From Balanoglossus misakiensis (Eukaryota; Animalia; Hemichordata), in contig CM082588.2 of NCBI GenBank assembly GCA_040954595.2, forward strand, positions 11,173,398 through 11,237,397: 64,000 bases of DNA. The letters are read 5' to 3'. Each line of letters opens with the position of its first letter. Position 1 is the stretch's first letter. Positions 51,120 to 64,000 of this stretch are shown here, one piece after another. A model generated the notes under the pieces. That model was given only the letters and a program-made list of their open reading frames with translations. It searched no databases and was not told the DNA's origin. The position numbers were made by a program, and so were the translations under genes.

Positions 51120-54100
51120 AAAACACATTTGTTCAAAAGTGGCAAAAACACAAATATGCAAACATCTCTATAATTGTACACCATCTTACTTCAATCACTA
51201 CAAGGAACATTCCTGCCAAAATTCAAAGCAATCTGACAAGGGTTTGAACGGTTTAACAGAAAACAGTTTTTGACAAAGATTGCAAAAAATATCCCCAATA
51301 ACACAAGCACGCAGTTTTAACCATTTTTATGACATCTTCCTTGGGTTACCCCTGGGAATCTGCCTACCAAATTGCAAAGCATTCTGACCATAATTGGCAA
51401 AATTGCTCAAAATTATAAATATGCCTATTTTACAACAATCTGAACAAAAAATATGGTAACTCGGACCACCCATAGGAAGCTTCATACTAAATTTCGAAGG
51501 AGTCGGACTATCGCTTTCAGAAGTGAAGATTTTTTTTTACCAATAATGTGGAAAAAGACAAAAAAAATTAATAAACATTAGAAAATTCATAATATTAGCT
51601 CACAACATACAGGACTGTATGGGGTTCATTGACATACCAATCTGACCAGTGGTTGTCAAGTTTCTGACTTTTGACCAATTTCACATTTACACAGGTAATA
51701 TTTTGGCAATGACAATTTCATTTGAACAAAATCCCATCTACAGCCCCGCCTGCATCTACACACTAAATATGGAAGTGATATGCCCAGCGGTTTTCATCCA
51801 TTCACTCATACATACAAATGCAACTGATTCCATAAGGTCCCAATCGTATATATGTACATAAACCAAATGGGACCTAAGAATTGCTCCAAAATTATAAATA
51901 CGCAATTTTTGGCAACAATTTAAACAAAACTATGGTTGGTAACTCAGATCACCTATGAAGCTTCATAATAAATTTCAAACAAGTCAGCTGATCAATTCCA
52001 GAAAAGTAGGTTTTTACCGACAATGTGGAAAGAGACAAAAAAAATGCTTAAAAATAGAAAATTCACATTATTAGCTCACAACATGTAGAATTGTGAGAGG
52101 ATACCATAAGGTACATGCATACCAATTATCAATTTTGAAAGCAATTTGCCCAGTAGTTGTTGAGTTCCCAAGTTTTGACGAATTTGACACTTTCCCAGCT
52201 AATTTGCATATTTTGGCAATGACAACTTCACTTAGACAAACTCCCATCTACTGCCCTGTCTGCACATTAAATATCAAGGTGAAATGCCAGTAGTTTCCAA
52301 ATGTTTGATGTTGATGGACATACAAACATCCATACATACAGGTGCAACTGATCCCGTAAGGTACCATGGTATAAATACATATACCAAATGGGACCTAATA
52401 ATTCTGATAAAATGCGTACATACGTACATACATACAAGTCAGCAATAAGGAGACGGGATAGTGGGCTGGCACTGAGTGTCTATTTCTATTGCAAATTATA
52501 AACATGCAGCAAGTGTAAAAACCACATGTACCTTCAACGTCCTTGGACAACACATTTTTGTAACTTTCCCAGATCAATGGCTAATATTACTTGCCAAAGG
52601 CGACTAGAATTTTGAGGGCCTGATGCAAGTCTGATACATGTACTTCATGATTTAGAGATATGATGAAAATCCTGTCAACCGAATTACAGGGAAATCAGAT
52701 TTTCCATGTAAAATCATATCACCCAAAAGTGTCAAAAATAATTTTGAAACAAAAAGTCTACTCAAAATCATACCAAAATTTAAATGTTAATGCAGTACGT
52801 TAGGCAAGCAATTTGAGAATGAAGAAACTTACAAAATAATTTATAAATTGTAAATAATTTACAAATGCCGCACACAAACTTACAATTACTACCATATTAC
52901 TGAACATGTTAAAAGGACATTGTACCAGCAGAGACATTGTGATCGAGCAATCCCCAAGATATACATGACATGGTCTAATTACAAATATTGAATATGTAAA
53001 ATATGTACACAACACTTCCAGTCTTACAGTACAGTCAGCTGCTTGTGAACAATAGTCATGTAGCTATTTCATCAAATTTACAGCCCAAGTCTTGCCTATA
53101 CAATTCTCCCTACTTTAAACACGTTTTAAGCTACCCTAAATGAGTGATGAAAATCTCATACGGTCGATAATTTCAAGATGGCCGATTTTTGCCATGTTAA
53201 AGAAATGGGAGTTCATAAGCTAAAATGATGATGGGTCATTCTTGAACTTTTTAACAGAAAAAATAGCAAAAGTGAAAAAAAAGTTTAATATGCTAACTAC
53301 CGAGACAGAAATGTTTGACCGAAGGAAGTCATGAAATACAGTAAACATATCATTTCTTCTATCTCTTACTACAGTTGGTTATGGACTTTCCGCCCAGAAT
53401 GCAATGAGATTTGACACCTAGCGCAAAGTGAAAAACCTATTTAAGGCAGCCAGAATTTTCTGCATAGTATGACGGAAACATTTGTAAAGTCATGGCTAGC
53501 ATGGGTTGGCAGGTTTATGGGACCCGCTCAGGTTCCCTCGAATAACACATAATGCATGATTGGTGACTGATTATTGTTTATTTGTTGATTTTGTCACATT
53601 TTCAGAAAAATCCCTATCAATCAGTCATATTTGTTTGGCCTTGCTATACAGCGCAATATGAATCTTGTTGACTGAAATTGTTGAGGATAGTGGTACATAA
53701 AGGTTACCAATTGGAAAATATTAAAATGATTATTAGTGGTGTCCAACTCTTCATGATAACCAGTTGTGGCTTGCCACCACCATAATTTTAAAAGGGTGAC
53801 TTCACTATTTGATGGGAAAAGGTAGCATTTACAAACAAGCTATGGAGCATGTATACAGCAAGGTGTGCTTACCGGAAAGCGGTCTTGGATCAGGCCTAGG
53901 TATTCTCTTCCTCCTCCGGCATACGTTGAAATGCTGTGTTTAAGACTGTGAATCAAATATATGCAAATATTAATTAGTAACCAATCAACCTTGCTTTAGA
54001 ATTATGTGGGCCATACAAATTAGTGAAAATATGCAAAACATGGTATAATATAGGGTCAGAAAAAATTTCCAGCCTGTTTGTGTCATGATTTACATTTTTC

Positions 54101-54990
54101 TTTCTGGCCTAAAGTATTGTTTTATTTCACTCTAAACAACATTACTTTCCTTCATGCGTCTAATATAATAACAGATCTCTTAGCCAGTTTGATTAAGCAT
54201 AGTTTTGGACTAGCACACGTTCAGCCAAAGTTAAAGTATCTCCCTGTGTATTGATATGGGAGTAATTTTAGCTATATGGTTAAAGGGACAAAGTCTCTCT
54301 GTCGCTGTCCTTTTTCCATTAATTATGTTTGATACAAGACACTGTTTATGTCAATGTACATTTGGATATATAGTGAATAAATGATCAACCACACAAAACT
54401 TCCATCCCGCTTGTATGATATGAGAGTAAAAACTCGCCCAAAATGAATAAATGGTAAAGAACGATTATTCATTTTGGCGAGTATTTTTACTCTCGTGTCT
54501 ACAAGTGGGACGGAAGTTGTGTGTGGCTGAACGTTCATTCACTATATATCTACATGTAGAATAACAAACGGTGTCTTGTATCAAATATAATTAATGGAAA
54601 AAAGGGCAGCGAGAGAGAGACTTTGTCCCTTTAAGGAAATGCATCCACATTTATTTTATGCTCCACGTGAAGATTTGAACTTGTGAGTTGTCCATCTAAT
54701 TCATGACATCACGATCATATCACAAGCAATCGAGGCCAGAATTCGAAGGGGAAAAAACAGGTACATTGTATTGAAAGCTGGAATATGTAAATTAGTTCGT
54801 AGACATACATTTCTTCCTATTGTTTCGGTTGCAACACCCGATAAAAGCAAATATAAAGCAAGTCATGCTTACCATTGAGCGGTCTTAAACTCGCCCCGGA
54901 CAAGGAAGAGAATCCCGAGTTGAAACGCAGACAGTTTCAGGCAGCATCTGTGAATCAAATAGACATAGAAGTTAGTAACCAGTCATAGAA
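51120..54990 (+). repeat. Local segmental duplication, copy B
   Basis: Direct-orientation paralog of 44740-48500 with indels and an extra MITE. Confidence 0.8.
54280..54634. mobile_element. MITE family A, copy 5, with a paralogous empty site
   Basis: gctatatgg-TTAA-[AGGGACAAAG...CTTTGTCCCT]-TTAA-ggaaatgcatcc versus the empty site gctatatgg-TTAA-ggaaatgcatcc at 48161. Confidence 0.92.
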
Positions 54991-55150
54991 GCTCTGCGTG
55001 GCAGGGCTGCGTGTTAACGGCTATACCATAGCTCCCACTGGTAGCTTATAACAGTCTCAATGGTGCCAAAAATCTCCCCAACAACAAAACCAACCCTGGT
55101 CAGTTTATTCGCTATCGCTTTGCCTTAAAAGTTATACTGTAGTGTGTTAC

Positions 55151-55563
55151 CACAGGGGGCTCCTCCCTCCGCGATTTTATCGTTTGTTTGTTGTTGTTGA
55201 TTGGCATAATAAACAAATACATATTTCATTATTAATAAATATGGTTTGTTGACATGTAAGTGTTAGGGTATATTCAACAGTTAGGGTTACTGTTGGCATT
55301 TTTTTCGATCCACGGCCCCGGGCATCACTAAGCCACAGGGGGTGGGGGGGGGGGGGTGGGGGGGTGATGCCGGCCATGGATCGAAAAAATGCCAACACTA
55401 ATTCTAACCGTTGAATATACCATAACCTGTCAAATATACCCTAATAACCTAACCCTTACATGTCAACAAACCATATTTATTAATAAAGAAATATGTATTT
55501 GTTTATTATGCCAATCAACAACAACAAACAAACAATAAAATCGCCTAGGGAGAGCCCCCTGTG
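55151..55563. mobile_element. ~410-bp hairpin MITE, CA...TG termini, 7-bp TSD (P-element-like)
   Basis: CACAGGGGGCTC...GAGCCCCCTGTG; arms complementary over most of the length; GTGTTAC at 55144-55150 and 55564-55570. Confidence 0.85.
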
Positions 55564-58130
55564 GTGTTACGGTACCACCTGCTCCACAATAACAAAGCTG
55601 ACTCGAGCCAACGAACGACGTACAATTTACTCGCACGGTGTAATATAACGCACAAATTCCATGCGACTGTGAGTTTACTGTTTGGTGCTGTAACGCTTCC
55701 CAAAGTCAGAATTTCGATGTTGGGGGGACCCTCTCGCCCTACCACGACCAGTTTTTGCTAGAAGGAGTGTACATGTACTTGTAAAATAACATTAAATGCC
55801 ATGCTTACCAGAGAAACGACATCATCAAGCATGGAGGCGACCGGGACCTCCATGCTTGATGAACGTCAAAGCTGCAATGATTTTTCAAATGCAATGGTCA
55901 GCGGTACGAGAACGAGGCACCAGCTGTGCGTCAATTATGCAACTTACTTACTACTCAATCAGAATCCTGCTTCAACATGACGTAACACTAATTAGTCAAA
56001 GAATGCAATGCAACGTATGTGTGCGGGTGGAGAATGCGCCTCACGTCAATGCAGACACACCAGACACACACACTGAAATGCAAATTGAGGAATTATGTCA
56101 CGGTGTTCTTTGGAAGTGCGAATGAATAAAATATTTCGTTTTCTTCAGTGTTTTTGTACTACAAAAAAAATTGCTAAAAAACGACTAGCAAGCGCTTATG
56201 CAATGAAATACAAATAAATATAATTATCGCCAATTGGAAATGGAACGTCAATCCGCATTTGTCAAAAAATAACAGAAAAGACAAAGGAGCTGAGACGTCC
56301 TAAAATAAAAGGAATGACCTCTCTGTTCTGACCTGTATGAGGAAGCCCTATTGTAATACGCAATATGTCGGATCATGCTACCATCCGCCATTCTGATTGG
56401 ACGAGAGATCAATCCATCGATACGAAAGTACTCAATAGAGCACTGCTAAAACTGGCCCCTGAACTAATAGCATGCAACAGGGAAAACTTGACTAAATAAA
56501 AAAAAATATAGCTGATAAATTTACGGACGGCCGGTTTATTTTTTAACTGCTCTATTGGAACTGTTGTCACTGTCATGCACGATGCATGTCTTGTCATTGC
56601 GCACTCGTGTTAACATTCATCAGAGCGCCTTTCGATCAATTCGTAACGTTTACATTAGACTCGAGTTCATTTTCGTTATGAAAATGACATTGATATACAC
56701 AAAGTCGATTACTGATATAAAATAATAGCAATAACCCTAACCATAGATTAGGCTATAGCATTCCGGTAATTTTTTCAATATCACTCAGGAAGGATTCTAT
56801 AACATTCTGTTTTGTATCGGGATGTATAATTTAATATCCATACTACAAAACAAATATCAGCGGTAACTCAGAAAATATTGTTGAAAATTTGTTCTCTGTA
56901 GGCCTAACCATGGTAAGATAATGCAATGCCGGTAAGTATTTTGGAAGTCAAGGTTGCATTGTATTGTCTGGTGTTCAAATAATCACAAACATCCCGGAAG
57001 ACTAAATTCTTTCTGTCAAAACCACTTCTGCAACGACAAGATTTTTCAGGGCAGGCAAAACCATGGCATGAAGACGATATGAAGTCGATGAGTTAATGTT
57101 ATGTTGAACCCGGCCACTTTACGTATCTTAACTATTCACACATTGACCATTCTATAATTCTCTCCCTTTTGATGTCTTCTTTGTGGTTTGTTTGTAAAAA
57201 TGTTGCCTGTGTTGAAACTTGACTACTTGTCACTTTTGCCTACCAAGAATAATATGACCAAAAGGGGTGGCATGAAATTCTAGACTGTAACAAAACTCGA
57301 TTTCATGACCCAAAGTTTGATTTTATGTGTTTTTGGTTTGGACGTGGCAAAGACATGTAAATTCCGACCACCTATACACCATCCATACATGTATGAATCG
57401 ACATCATTTATTGCACGAGAGACTTCAAGCAAGCATTCCATCATCGCAAAAGGACAAAGAGAGAGCGACTTTGTCTCTTTAAAGTAATTTAGCAAGTTCA
57501 AAGTGAATGCCCACATGAAAACCTTTACTCAGCAATTTTTTTTGTAATTAATAAAACTAGGTTTGGTATGTTTTTGCGCTTGTTTTATTTTCCTTTTGTC
57601 TATAAATAGTCGTATATTTTAAAACAGCTAAAATGAGTCAAATGGGGCATTTTTCCATCCCACCTCATCCTAGCTAAGAGCTTCAGTGCCGGTCACCTCC
57701 ACAAAATTAATTTACCACGAACAAATTGAAATACAGCCAATCGGAAAAAGTGCGCCACCACATGGTCATTTGAAGACTTTTATGCTCTCTTCTGGCCGTA
57801 AACGCATGTGATCTGGAATAAATCGAACATCGATCGTGTTTTATTTATTTTCACCACCAGCGAAAATCTACGACGGCCCAACCGCAGATTATTGCTGCTC
57901 CATACAACAACCGGCTTAAACTGTTCTGTGCATGTGTTTTGTGTTCTGGTGGCGTTTGCGGGTCTGAGACGTCATTTGTAGAAGGCCCTATTCGTTTTCT
58001 ACCAATAACTTTTACCAACCATGCTAGAACTATTTCGTTTTCTTTGACGACGCTTGACACTTTTCTTGCTTTGTTGTTAGTACATGTAGTTTGTTTGTTC
58101 GTTACGTCTGTTACTGGGGTTCTTCACTTG

Positions 58131-61100
58131 TAGTCTGGTTACACTATGAGATAGGTGCCGTTAATCAGAATTTTTGGTAAGGAAGGTTTGAGAAGTCCAT
58201 TCTATGTAAAAATGGTGCTCATTCCAAAAAAGTCAGTCTTATTAACCCCACTCAAGACAAAATTGCCATTTTGGCCATTTTTAACCCCAAAATGGTCTTT
58301 TTTAGAAAACACTAAAAACACATTGTTTTCGTCACATTCTGAGATCTGATAACATATGATATGCTTATTCTATGTAAAATATGGTGAATATTACGAAAAA
58401 AGTAGTTCGATTGACCCAAAACAACAGAAAATTGCCTTTTTGACCAATTTTTGCCCCAAAAACGTCATTTTTAGAAAAAAAATAAAACACACGGTTTTCT
58501 TCATAATGATTGATCTGGTGATATATGGAAAGTCAATTCTATGTTAAAAGTGGTGACTTTAAAAAATAAAGCAGTCTTTTTGACCTCAATCAATACAAAA
58601 ATGCCATTTTTGGCCACTTTTTGTGGTCAAAAAAGGTCATTTTTACAAAAAAACTAAAAATAAATTGTGTTTATCATATTCAGAGATCATTGGATATATG
58701 AAATGTCCATTCTATGTAAAAAATGGTGCTGATTCCAGAAATAGCAGTCTTATTGACCCTACTCAAGAAAAAATGCCATTTTTGCCACTTTTTGCCCCAA
58801 AACGTCATTTTCAGAAAACACACAAAATTTATATATTTTCTTCACTTTCGGAGATCTGATAATGTATTATATGCCCACCCTATGTAAAATCTGGTGATTA
58901 TTCGAAAAAAGCAGATTTATTGACCCAACCTAATGCAAAAATGCCCTTTTGGAAAGTTTTTGCCCAAAAAGGCCATTTTTAGAAAAAAATTTAAAAACAA
59001 ACTTTTCTTCATAAAGCTCAGAGATCATGTGATATATGAAATGTTCATCCTATGTAAAAAATGGTGCTGATTCCAGAAATAGCAGTCTTATTGATCCTAC
59101 TCAAGAAAAAATGCCATTTTGCCACTTTTTGCCCCCAAAACGTCATTTTCAGAAAACACTCAAAATTTATATATTTTCTTCACTTTCGGAGATCTGATAA
59201 TGAATTATATGCCCACTGTATGTGAAAAATTTCCAAAAAAGCAGTTTTATTGATGCCACTCAAGATAAAAGTGCCTTTTTGGCAAGTTTTTGCCCAAAAA
59301 GTGTCATTTCTAGAAAATACGAAAATTATGCCATTTTCTTCCCATTGGTGATCAAATGATAAATAAAAGTACTAAAAAACCCACTCTTACTGACCCCACT
59401 GAGGGAAAAAAATATCATTTTGGCCTCTTTGCTCAAAAAGGTAACTGTTAGAAAAAATAAATACAAACTTATTCCTTAATATTCAGAGCCCTTGTGATGT
59501 ATGTAAATTCGTTTTTTTGTGTGTGTGTGTGCAAAAAATATGCTGATACCAGCACAACGGTCTTATTGAGACACCCCGCTCAGTACAAAATTGCCATTTA
59601 GCGATCTTTTGGTCAACAATAGGCATTTTCAGAAAACAAATATAATTGATGTTTTTGCCTTTTGTGTTCTGATGTTGTATATGCATATTTAAAACGCCAT
59701 AACCATATAATGTCAATTAAATTGATGATATTGAAAGACAGGGTTGCCACAATTTGGCAAATTTAGCCCAAAACTGAACTTAACAATAAGATGATCCATG
59801 TATACGCACTGTCTACTATAAGTCGATTATGCGTGGTGTGGAATATTTAGGTTCAGATATGCCAGCTCGGGAGAGAGTGTTGAAATTTATTCTCTTCAAT
59901 CTGAATACAAAATCAGAAATTATATTATAATTTATATCATACTGATTGGACAGGAGTGCAACGATGCTAGAATACTCAATAGAGCACTGCTAAAACTGGC
60001 CCCTGAACTAGCACGCAGCAGGGAAAATGTTGGTTTAAACTAAATAAACATAAAACCCTTGACGTTTTAATTTGGAACTGCTGTATGGGAATATTTGGGC
60101 AATGTGCAATGCCTTTCTTTTGTCATCTGTATCATGTTTAGAGCTTGGTCCCGGGCGGCGTGTTTACATTCATTGACGCGAGTTTTGTTCCATTCGTAAC
60201 TTCTTTTCCTCTCGACGCTGTTTCATCATCATTATGAGTTCAACTTGGGCTAATTTTGCAAAAACTCCAAATACAAACATTTTTTCGGTACAAAATGGCT
60301 AAAATGATAATTTTTTCTTGAGTAGATCTATTTTTGGCTACAAATAGCAAAAAAGGCAATTTTGACAACCAGAGTGCCGTTTTTGGAATAGTCACCAAAT
60401 TTTACACAGAATGGACTTTTCATACATGATCAGATCTCTGAATATGGAGAAAACAATTTGTCTTTAGTTTGTTTGTTTTTAATGAACATTTTTGACCAAA
60501 AAAGTGGCCGAAATTACAAATTTCAATTGAATAGGGTAAGTAAGACTTCCGTTTTTGGAACAGTAACCACGTTTCAATATAGAATGGGCTTTTATTTATA
60601 ATAAGATCACCGAAAGTGAAGAAAAGAGAATGCGTATTAATATATTCTTAAAAATAACAATTTTGTGCAAAACTTAGCCAAAAAGGTGATTTCATCATGG
60701 TTGAGGTCATTAAGACTGCATTTCTGGAATCAACACCTATTTTACAATAAATGTACTTTTCACACATCATAGAATCTCCAAATAAGAATCAAACAGTTTG
60801 TTTATAATGATTTTCGAAAAGTGGCTTTTTGGGCAAAAACTTGTCAAAAAAGCACTGTTTTCTTGAGTGGCGCTAGTAATTTTTTTTTGAATTTTTTCAC
60901 ATAGAGTGGGTACATAATACATCATCATCTCCGAAAGTGAAGAAAATATAAAAGTTTTGGGTGTTTTCTAGAAATGACACTTTTTGGGCAAAAACTTGCC
61001 AAAGGGCACTTTTATCTTGGGTGGCATCAATAAAACTGCTTTTTTGGAAATTTTTCACATAAAGTGGGCATATAATACATTATCAGATCTCCGAAAGTGA

Positions 61101-62209
61101 AGAAAATATATAAATTTTGAGTGTTTTCTGAAAATGACGTTTTTGGGGCAAAAAGTGGCAAAAATGGCATTTTTTCTTGAGTAGGATCAATAAGACTGCT
61201 ATTTCTGGAATTAGCACCATTTTTTACATAGGTTGAACACTTCATATATCACATGATCTCTGAGCTTTATGAAGAAAAGTTTGTTTTTAATTTTTTTTTT
61301 CTAAAAACGGCCTTTTTGGGTAATAACTTTCCAAAAGGGCATTTTTGCATTAGGTTGGGTCAATAAATCTGCTTTTTTGGAATAATCACCAAGTTTTACA
61401 TAGGATGGGCATATAAGTGAAGAAAATATATAAATTTTGAGTGTTTTCTAAAAATGACGTTTTGGGGCAAAAAGTGGCAAAAATGGCATTTTTTTTCTTG
61501 AGTAGGGTCAATAAGACTGCTATTTCTGAAATCAGCACCGTTTTTTACATAGAATGGACACTTCATATATCCAATGATCTCTGAATATGAAAAACACAAT
61601 TTATTTTTAGTTTTTTTTGTAAAAATGACCTTTTTTGACCTCAAAAAGTGGCCAAAAATGGCATTTTTGTATTGATTGAGGTCAAAAAGACTGCTTTTTT
61701 TTTTAAAGTCACCACTTTTAACATAGAATTGACTTTCCATATATCACCAGATCAACTATTATGAAGAAAACCGTGTTTTTTAATTTTTTTCTAAAAATGA
61801 CGTTTTTTTGGCAAAAAATGGTCAAAAAGGCAATTTTCTGTTGTATTGGGTCAATCGAACTATTTTTTTCGTAATATTCACCAAATTTTACATAGAATAG
61901 GCATATCATATGTCATCAGATCTTAGAATGTGACGAAAACAGTGTGTTTTTAGTGTTTTCTAAAAAAACACCATTTTTGGGTTAAAAATGGCCAAAATGG
62001 CAATTTTGTCTTGAGTGGGGTCAATAAGACTGACATTTTTGGAATCAGCACCATTTTTTACATAGAATGGACCTCTCAAACCTTCCTTACCAAAAATTCT
62101 GATTAACGGCATCTAGCTCCTGGACTAGGTCCCCTGCCCCATTCCCACTGCCATCGGCGCTACGCTCAAGGGCGCAGCCAGCGGTGGGAATGGGGCAGGG
62201 AACAGACTA
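58131..62209. mobile_element. Small TAGTCTG...CAGACTA element with 9-bp TSD, interrupted by the foldback element
   Basis: CTTCACTTG at 58122-58130 and 62210-62218; internal GC-rich hairpin CCCTGCCCCATTCCCAC...GTGGGAATGGGGCAGGG. Confidence 0.8.
58154..62113. mobile_element. ~4-kb foldback element with long modular inverted arms and a non-coding spacer
   Basis: GGTGCCGTTAATCAGAATTTTTGGTAAGGAAGG at 58154 and its inverse ending at 62113. Arms are near-identical for >1.1 kb and built of ~150-bp subrepeats; TA on both sides. Confidence 0.92.
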
Positions 62210-62312
62210 CTTCACTTGTGGAATAAAGTGCTCATTTCTTGTGTATCTGCATTTTGTCGATGTTATCGCTCCTCTGGCAGAGAAGCCAGGGTGCTAGCTG
62301 TTGGCTTTAATA

Positions 62313-62567
62313 AGGGACTGTTCAGAATTTACTTCCAGGGGGCGGAGAATTTTCAGAGGGGGGGGGGGACCACCCATTTTCTCCAAGACAAATTAGGGGA
62401 GACTAGACATAAAAGTCACAATAGGGGGACCATGGAAAATCCCCAGGAAATTTAAGGGGGGACCACATATTTCCTCCACAATTTACTAGGGGAGACCATG
62501 GGAAAAAATCACCAGGAAAATAAAAAATCCTCCATCCCCAACTTGGAAGTAAATTCTGAACAGTCCT
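62313..62567. mobile_element. MITE with ~25-bp TIRs (PIF/Harbinger-like)
   Basis: TAA-GGGACTGTTCAGAATTTACTTCCA...TGGAAGTAAATTCTGAACAGTCCT. Confidence 0.7.
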
Positions 62568-63879
62568 TCATGGTTGTTTGTTTGTTTGTTTGCCTGTTTG
62601 TTTATTCGTATCTTTGTTTGTTTGTGTATTCTATCTCATTTAATATGATGCTTCTGTCACATTTGGCATTTACTGTCGCATAAACAATGACCGAACCGAC
62701 TCGACTGCGTTTGGATGCACGATGGACTTAAGAGTGAATCCATCGGTGTTTACCGGCCAAAACAAAACCGTTTGATTTCTTTAACACTGTTGCAACAAGT
62801 GAGACCCTAGTACATGTAGTATATAAATCAGAAGTCCGGTGCATGTTTGCCAGTGACACCTACCACAAAATGGTATCGCCCAAATAATGTTGGGCGCGCC
62901 CGTGGAAGTTATAAGCCCGGCGCTTTTTCCTCATGATTAATAAAACAGTTAACACAACATTGGAAATTCAGCCAATTTGTCCCTGTTTTGTAGAAATAGT
63001 GCGAGCTATACATGGCGAAAAGTTTTTCAAAAAATAGATCAAAATGGGAATTCAAATTAGTGAATATTATTGGCACTTACAGAGTTTTAATTCAAAATAG
63101 AGGATTCATTCCAATGAATATGCAAGTCAAGAAGTCACATAGGGATCATGACAATGACCTATTGATCATGTCATGATGATTATGTACAAGAGAGAAGTAA
63201 AAAACTGGTTATTGCTTGAATTTCATGTTTCTTTTTAATCAGATGTAGTCAACAGTCTTTCAACAAGTCTATAACATGATTTTGAAATGATTTTCAAAAG
63301 TACACAATTCCATACGAAAATGTTACTTTAAGATTTGTAAATTTTTCTGTATATTTGAGTTCACGTGCATAGGCTGACTCAAACATTCTTTGCATCAACA
63401 TTTACCGTCCTTTCAAAAATCTTGCCTGTAGTCCAGGTTTTACATTTGCACTTAATAGCATTATAACACCATCATGTCATCCACATGTTACCCTCACAGC
63501 CAGTCACTGTGTGTATATTGTGATTCATGAAGTACATGTAGTGCTACATATTTTTTGTGGAGATGAGACACACACACACATAGCAACCGATAGACAGACT
63601 GCTTGATAATATGCTCTGACTGATCCCTAAAGCTGAAACTTGTATGTGTTTGTACATACAACACAAAGGAACTAAAAATAGGGCATTCACATAGGGACCA
63701 TTGAAAGTTTTCTGAAACATCTCAACTCAAACATTGACATAAAAAATACTTTGTGAACAATTAAAGTCTTCCTGGAACGTTTCAGATTTGAGACGGTTTT
63801 GCCAGCCAGACCTGATCCGGTGTAATGATTAACACCTCTTCGCAACCCATTGTCTATGGGGCCGAGCCTCGCAGTGCCT

Positions 63880-63985
63880 ATACATAAACTTTGTGTGTGT
63901 GGACACAAACGACTCAAAGGATTAATGCTCTGTGTTTACCATAGGCAAATAGTGTCTCAAATTTTTCCCTGCCTGAACCTGGTAT
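63880..63985 (+). repeat. Dispersed repeat shared with ~14680-14790
   Basis: GTGTGGACACAA...ATTAATGCTCTGTGTTTACC(A/T)TAGGCAAATAGTGTCTC at both sites. Confidence 0.7.
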
Positions 63986-64000
63986 CTGAAATGTTTCTCA

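Noticed and set aside
39400-53300. Short ORFs in the AT-rich modular repeat region
   Set aside because: They are translations of degenerate HINE-like modules with no domain similarity.
58155-61909. ORFs in the foldback arms as a transposase
   Set aside because: Short mirror-image translations of subrepeats with no DDE or other catalytic motif.

Overview
AT-rich, repeat-dense animal genomic DNA with spliceosomal GT-AG introns; the repeat types suggest a marine invertebrate (inference). The only host gene is a 13-exon + strand fragment (9530-22549) encoding C-type lectin, 3 CUB, sushi/CCP and Ca-EGF modules. Domain order and the EGF insert 'GYLLYANNGTGGFYLPPGETG' match uninflatable (uif)-type receptors. 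It carries several independent lesions (in-frame TGA, AG>CG acceptor, GT>AT donor, a donor replaced by a 48-bp inverted copy of upstream intron, a truncated sushi exon) and no further exons are visible, so it is probably a decaying partial copy. It is followed by a ~12.9-kb, very homogeneous two-monomer satellite (90 bp and 74 bp) with higher-order blocks, whose flanks resemble a short TTAA-type MITE found elsewhere in the window. The rest comprises LINE fragments, many TTAA- and TA-flanked MITEs, HINE/DINE-like elements, a local segmental duplication with four copies of a signal-peptide-like mini-exon (two with a micro-inversion), and a ~4-kb foldback element nested in a tiny element with a 9-bp TSD. 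I found no CRISPR array, RNA gene or intact transposase, and no convincing new functional system; the findings are structural and evolutionary.
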